From NCBI GenBank assembly GCA_963823045.1, contig CAWGKA010000009.1:189437-213436 (forward strand): a DNA stretch of 24,000 bases, written 5' to 3'. A program made the position numbers and the translations under genes. The notes beneath the pieces are model-generated. The model ran no database searches and was not told the origin of the DNA. It saw only the letters and a program-made list of their open reading frames with translations. Positions 18,113 to 24,000 of this stretch are shown here, piece by piece; within the stretch, counting starts at the first letter, position 1; each line of letters starts with the position of its first letter. This stretch comes from an uncultured Alphaproteobacteria bacterium. GTDB taxonomy: Bacteria > Pseudomonadota > Alphaproteobacteria > Rhizobiales > Kaistiaceae.

Positions 18113-19878
18113 CTACTTGTCTTCGTCGTCCGATGCTTCGTCCGGCCCCGGCTCCTTCGGCGGCTGTCGGCGCACGTCGCCGTCCTCGACGCGCCTTCAA
18201 TGCGGCGCCGAGGATATCGCCGAGCGATGCGCCGGAGTTGGTGGAGCCGTATTGCGCAACGGCTTCCTTCTCCTCGGCGATCTCGAGTGCCTTGATCGAC
18301 ACGGAGACCTTGCGGGCCTTCTTGTCGAAATTGGTGACGCGGGCGTCGAACTTCTCACCCGGAGCAAAACGCTCCGGACGCTGATCGGCGCGGTCGCGGG
18401 CAAGATCGGCGCGGCGGATGAAGGCGGTGAGATCGGTCTCGGCAATCTTGACCTCGAGGCCGGTCTCCTTGACCTCGACGACCTCGCAGGTGACGACCGA
18501 ACCCTTCCGGATCTCGCCGGCGTCAACGAAGGGATCGCCGCTCAGCTGCTTGATGCCGAGTGAGATGCGCTCCTTCTCGACGTCGACGTCGAGCACCTTG
18601 GCGCGGACCTGATCGCCGCGCTCATAGTCCTCGATCGCGACTTCGCCCGGGCGGTTCCAGTCGAGGTCCGACAGATGGACCATGCCGTCGATATCGCCCT
18701 CAAGGCCGATGAAGAGACCGAACTCGGTCTTGTTCTTGACCTCGCCCTCGACCTCGGAGTCGACCGGATGCGCCTCGGCAAAGGCCTCCCACGGATTGGG
18801 CAGGGTTTGCTTCAGGCCGAGCGAGATGCGGCGCTTCACCGGATCGACTTCGAGCACCATCACCTCGACCTCCTGGCTGGTCGAGACGATCTTGCCCGGG
18901 TGGACGTTCTTCTTCGTCCAGGACATCTCGGAGACGTGGATCAGGCCTTCGATGCCCGGCTCCAGTTCGACGAAAGCGCCATAGTCGGTGATGTTGGTGA
19001 CGCGGCCGGTGAACTTGGTGCCGACCGGATATTTGGCCTCGATGCCGTCCCACGGATCGGCTTCGAGCTGCTTCATGCCGAGGCTGATACGGTGCGTCTC
19101 CTGATTGACGCGAATGACCTGGACCTTGACGGTCTGGCCGATCGACAGAACCTCGGACGGATGGTTGATGCGGCGCCAGGCGATGTCGGTGACATGCAGC
19201 AGGCCGTCGATGCCGCCGAGATCGACGAACGCACCATAGTCGGTGATGTTCTTGACCACGCCGTCGACGACCTGACCCTCTTCGAGGCTCTGCACCAGTT
19301 CCGAACGCTGCTCGGCGCGCGTCTCTTCCAGAACGGTACGGCGGGACACGACGATGTTGCCGCGCCGCTTGTCCATCTTGAGGATCTGGAAGGGCTGCGG
19401 CGTATGCATCAGCGGCGTGACGTCGCGAACCGGACGGATGTCCACCTGGCTGCGCGGCAGGAAGGCAACGGCGCCGTCGAGATCGACGGTGAAGCCGCCC
19501 TTGACCTGATTGAAGATCTGGCCGGTGACCTTCTCGTTCTTCTCGAAGGACTGCTCGAGACGGGTCCAGCTTTCCTCGCGCTTGCGCCTTTTCGCGCGAC
19601 AGCATCGCCTCACCGAGCGCGTTCTCGACGCGCTCAAGGTAAACCTCGACCTCGTCGCCGACCTTGATCGTCGGCGCTTCGCCAGGGGCCGTGAATTCCT
19701 TCAGCGGCACACGACCTTCGGTCTTCAAACCGACGTCGATGACAGCGAGATCCTTCTCGATGGCAACGACGGTGCCCTTGATTACGCTGCCTTCGACCAG
19801 ATCGTCGGCCTTGAAGGTCTCGTCGAGAAGGGCGGCGAAATCCTCCCTGGTCGGTGTCTGTACGCTGGTTGCGCTCAT
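18113..19878 (-). pseudogene. rpsA: 30S ribosomal protein S1, two +1 frame changes as sequenced (almost certainly functional in vivo)
   Basis: MSATSVQTPTREDFAALLDE...LERVENALGEAMLSREKA is followed, in the next frame, by REESWTRLEQSFEKNEKVTGQIFNQVKGGFTVDL and six S1 repeats. After GDILGAALKAR the frame changes again to EDGDVRRQPPKEPGPDEASDDEDK, with the stop at 18113-18115. The shifts lie near 19585 and 18192. AGGAG lies 5 nt upstream of ATG 19878. The span is 1766 nt = 3n+2. Confidence 0.9.
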
Positions 19879-20075
19879 CAATACTCCTGAAACCGGGTCC
19901 GACCCTTGCGGTCGGTGGTTAGTGTTGCGTTATCCAGATCGCGGCTGCGTCGAAGGCGCCAGCCCGGTGCCAGCCGCCCAAGATACCGCCGCTGTCTGAC
20001 GGTTTGATGCTTCCGGCCGGCAGTCGATGTCGATCGGAAACGCAAGATGACGGGCCGCGGCAAGGGCCGCCCCCG

Positions 20076-22059
<1,984 letters not shown>

Positions 22060-22191
22060 GAGAGATTATTGCCGCTCAGTTGCCATGAAATCCGCGCCGT
22101 CGGTGTCGATCCGCGCGGGGCCGTTCGGGCGGTTCCGATAGCACAGGCACACCGGCGCGTCACCAAGGACCGGCAAGGGTCGTTTTGGCCT

Positions 22192-22218
22192 TTGACACCA
22201 CCGGATTCACCTTATAAG
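22192..22218 (+). promoter_or_regulatory. Candidate promoter of the FYDLN_acid gene
   Basis: TTGACA (22192-22197), about 15 nt spacer, TATAAG (22213-22218), about 35 nt upstream of GTG 22253. The spacer is short by 1-2 nt. Confidence 0.35.
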
Positions 22219-22252
22219 GGGGGCGCGCTCTAGCACGAAGAGGCACGACGAC

Positions 22253-22658
22253 GTGGCCAAGGCAGACCTCGGAACCAAGCGTGTTTGTCCCAATTGCGGG
22301 ACCAAATATTACGACCTCAACAAATCTCCGGCGGTATGCCCGAAATGCGGCACCCTGTTCGAGGTGACGACGGCAAAGGCGCGGCCGCAGGAAACCGCCG
22401 CAGCCCGCAGGCCCGGCACCGGCACCGGCCAAGGAGGCGAAGGAAGAAGAGGAGGTCGTTGTCGAGGCGACAGCTGACACCATCTCCCTCGAAGAGGCCG
22501 ATGAGGAGATTTCCGGCGGCGCTGCCGGCGATGACGACGAAGACGAGGATATCGAGGTCGCCGACGACGACGATGAGGACGCCTTCCTCGAAGAGGACGA
22601 GGACGAAGGCGACGACGTTACGGACATCATCGGCGGCGTCGACGAGGACGACGACTAG
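22253..22658 (+). pseudogene. TIGR02300 / FYDLN_acid family small zinc-ribbon protein with acidic tail, one +1 frame change as sequenced
   Basis: The protein starts at a GTG: MAKADLGTKRVCPNCGTKYYDLNKSPAVCPKCGTLFEV (CxxC...CxxC with a YYDLN motif). The acidic tail KEAKEEEEVVVEATADTISLEEADEEISGGAAGDDDEDEDIEVADDDDEDAFLEEDEDEGDDVTDIIGGVDEDDD lies in the next frame and ends at TAG 22656-22658. The shift is near the ccc run at 22404-22406. The span is 406 nt = 3n+1. Confidence 0.75.
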
Positions 22659-22677
22659 CCGTCGGAACGCGCCGCGC

Positions 22678-22706
22678 TTGATTCCGCTTTCGGCAACGCG
22701 CTAAGC
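22678..22706 (+). promoter_or_regulatory. Candidate promoter of tRNA-Ala
   Basis: TTGATT (22678-22683), 17 nt spacer, CTAAGC (22701-22706), about 40 nt upstream of the tRNA 5' end. Confidence 0.3.
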
Positions 22707-22748
22707 AGACACCACTCTGCGCCCTCCCCAAAGGGCGCGGCATCGGTC

Positions 22749-22824
<76 letters not shown>

Positions 22825-22848
22825 ATTCTCCAGCATTCCCGCCGCGAA

Positions 22849-23742
22849 TCACCCGCGATAGCGCAAGGCTTCGACGAGAAGCGTGAAGGCGGGCGATGGA
22901 TGCCTCCGGCTCGGATAATAGAGGTAGAAGCCGTCACGGTGGGGGCACCAGTCCCGCAGGACCTCGCGCAGCCGACCTTCGCGTATGTGCGGGCGGGCAA
23001 GGCCTTCGGGGACATAAGCCAAGCCGAGGCCGTCGAGCGCGACGTCGAGCATCGCGTAGACGCTGTTGACGGTCAGCTGACCTTTGACGCGAACTGCGAT
23101 CTCCTTGCCATTCTTCTCGAATTCCCAGGCATAAAGCCCCCCCAAGGTCGGCAGGCGGATATTGATGCAATTGTGCTGTGAGAGATCGTCGGGGCTTCGC
23201 GGTTCCGGCCGCGCGGCGAAATAGGACGGGGTGCCGACGACGGCGAAGCGAAAGTCGGGGCCGACGCGCACCGCCACCATGTCCTGGCCGAGCCTGTCGC
23301 CCATGCGGATGCCGCCGTCGAAGCGATGCTCGATAATGTCGACAAGGGCGTAGTCGGCGGAGAATTCGACATTGATGCCCGGATAGTTGGTGAGCAGCCC
23401 TGGCAGCTTCGGCTTGACGACGCTGTCGATGGCGTAGTCGCTCGCGGTGATGCGGACCGTGCCGGCCGGCTTGTCGCGCAGCCCGCGCAGCATATCGAGC
23501 TCTGCCACGACATCGTCGAGACGCGGGCCGACCGAATAGGCCAGCTGTTCGCCGACGGCGGTCAGCGAGACGTTGCGCGTGGTGCGGGCGAGGAGGCGAA
23601 GATCGAGCCGGTCTTCGAGCCTGCGCACGGTATGGCTCAGCGCCGACTGCGAGACACGAAGCTTGGCGGCTGCCTTGGTGAAACTGCGTTCGCGCGCCAC
23701 GGCGAGAAAAGCAACGAGGTCGTCGAGGTGGCGATGGGGCAT
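22849..23742 (-). CDS. LysR-family transcriptional regulator
   Basis: MPHRHLDDLVAFLAVARERSFTKAAAKLRVSQSALSHTVRRLEDRLDLRLLARTTRNVSLTAVGE shows the N-terminal wHTH, followed by a LysR substrate-binding domain. It is 297 aa from ATG 23742. The track ORF extends further upstream, but the homology begins here. Confidence 0.85.
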   Translation of the reverse strand: MPHRHLDDLVAFLAVARERSFTKAAAKLRVSQSALSHTVRRLEDRLDLRLLARTTRNVSLTAVGEQLAYSVGPRLDDVVAELDMLRGLRDKPAGTVRITASDYAIDSVVKPKLPGLLTNYPGINVEFSADYALVDIIEHRFDGGIRMGDRLGQDMVAVRVGPDFRFAVVGTPSYFAARPEPRSPDDLSQHNCINIRLPTLGGLYAWEFEKNGKEIAVRVKGQLTVNSVYAMLDVALDGLGLAYVPEGLARPHIREGRLREVLRDWCPHRDGFYLYYPSRRHPSPAFTLLVEALRYRG

Positions 23743-23885
23743 TTGAGCGTCCCAGACCTTGATCGGCATCGGCCGGTGAATGTCGAGCCGCCTGCCCAGG
23801 CCGGCGACCCACTCGAAACAGCTCCTCCCCTGAAAATGGTGACACAACCGGGCCGGCCGTCCCACTGCGCTCCGGCAGGCCAGCT

Positions 23886-23900
23886 ATGAATTCTCTTCAT
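23886..23900. promoter_or_regulatory. Possible LysR-type T-N11-A operator
   Basis: ATGAATTCTCTTCAT is an inverted repeat (ATGAA / TTCAT) that fits T-N11-A. It lies about 145 nt upstream of the LysR start, in what would be the divergent region. Confidence 0.25.
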
Positions 23901-24000
23901 AGGCCTTAGCGAGATTCACCCCCTAGTCGCGGGCGGGCTGCCGCTCAAGAACTTGTCCGCGTTCGGGGCGACAAGCCGGACCGACAATCGGCCCAGTGTC

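Noticed and set aside
18113-19878. Programmed ribosomal frameshifting as an explanation for the rpsA and other frame breaks.
   Set aside because: There are too many sites, in unrelated genes. I found no shared slippery heptamer or downstream structure, and there is no precedent for these genes.
19890-19930. A hairpin (ccgacc..ggtcgg) in the rpsA leader as a possible S1 autoregulatory structure.
   Set aside because: The stem is only 6 bp, and conservation cannot be assessed from one sequence. The support is too weak to call.
22430-22655. A GAC/GAG/GAA-rich low-complexity stretch that might be a tandem repeat or CRISPR-like array.
   Set aside because: It has no fixed repeat-spacer periodicity. 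It is the in-frame poly-acidic tail of the FYDLN_acid protein.

Overview
High-GC (about 65%) alphaproteobacterial, Rhizobiales-like core chromosome with strongly conserved housekeeping synteny. Plus strand: ahcY 3' end, a DivL-type sensor kinase, tsaE, a MurU-like nucleotidyltransferase, addB, addA, trxA and a second tandem thioredoxin. Minus strand: folC, accD, trpA, a DUF559 gene, trpB, trpF, a LapA-domain gene, ihfB, rpsA, cmk, aroA. Then on plus a small FYDLN_acid (TIGR02300-type) zinc-ribbon gene and tRNA-Ala(GGC), and on minus a LysR-family regulator. I see no convincing new multi-gene system: no defence island, CRISPR array, transposase or integrase. Four observations stand out. (1) At least 18 reading-frame breaks are present, all in the +1 (extra base) direction. 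They hit addB, addA, the LapA-like gene, rpsA, aroA and the FYDLN_acid gene. Because essential rpsA and aroA are hit, insertion-biased consensus error is more likely than biology. (2) Thioredoxin is tandemly duplicated, promoter-like region included, and the second copy carries WCPPC instead of WCGPC. (3) A lower-GC3 DUF559 endonuclease-like gene sits between trpB and trpA and has no stop codon before trpA. (4) Directly upstream of that gene lies an inverted pair of GC-rich hairpin repeats. The kinase has Tyr at the phospho-acceptor His position, as in DivL, and three GANTC sites cluster upstream of it. Most long ORFs in the track that overlap these genes on the opposite strand or in other frames are high-GC shadow ORFs.
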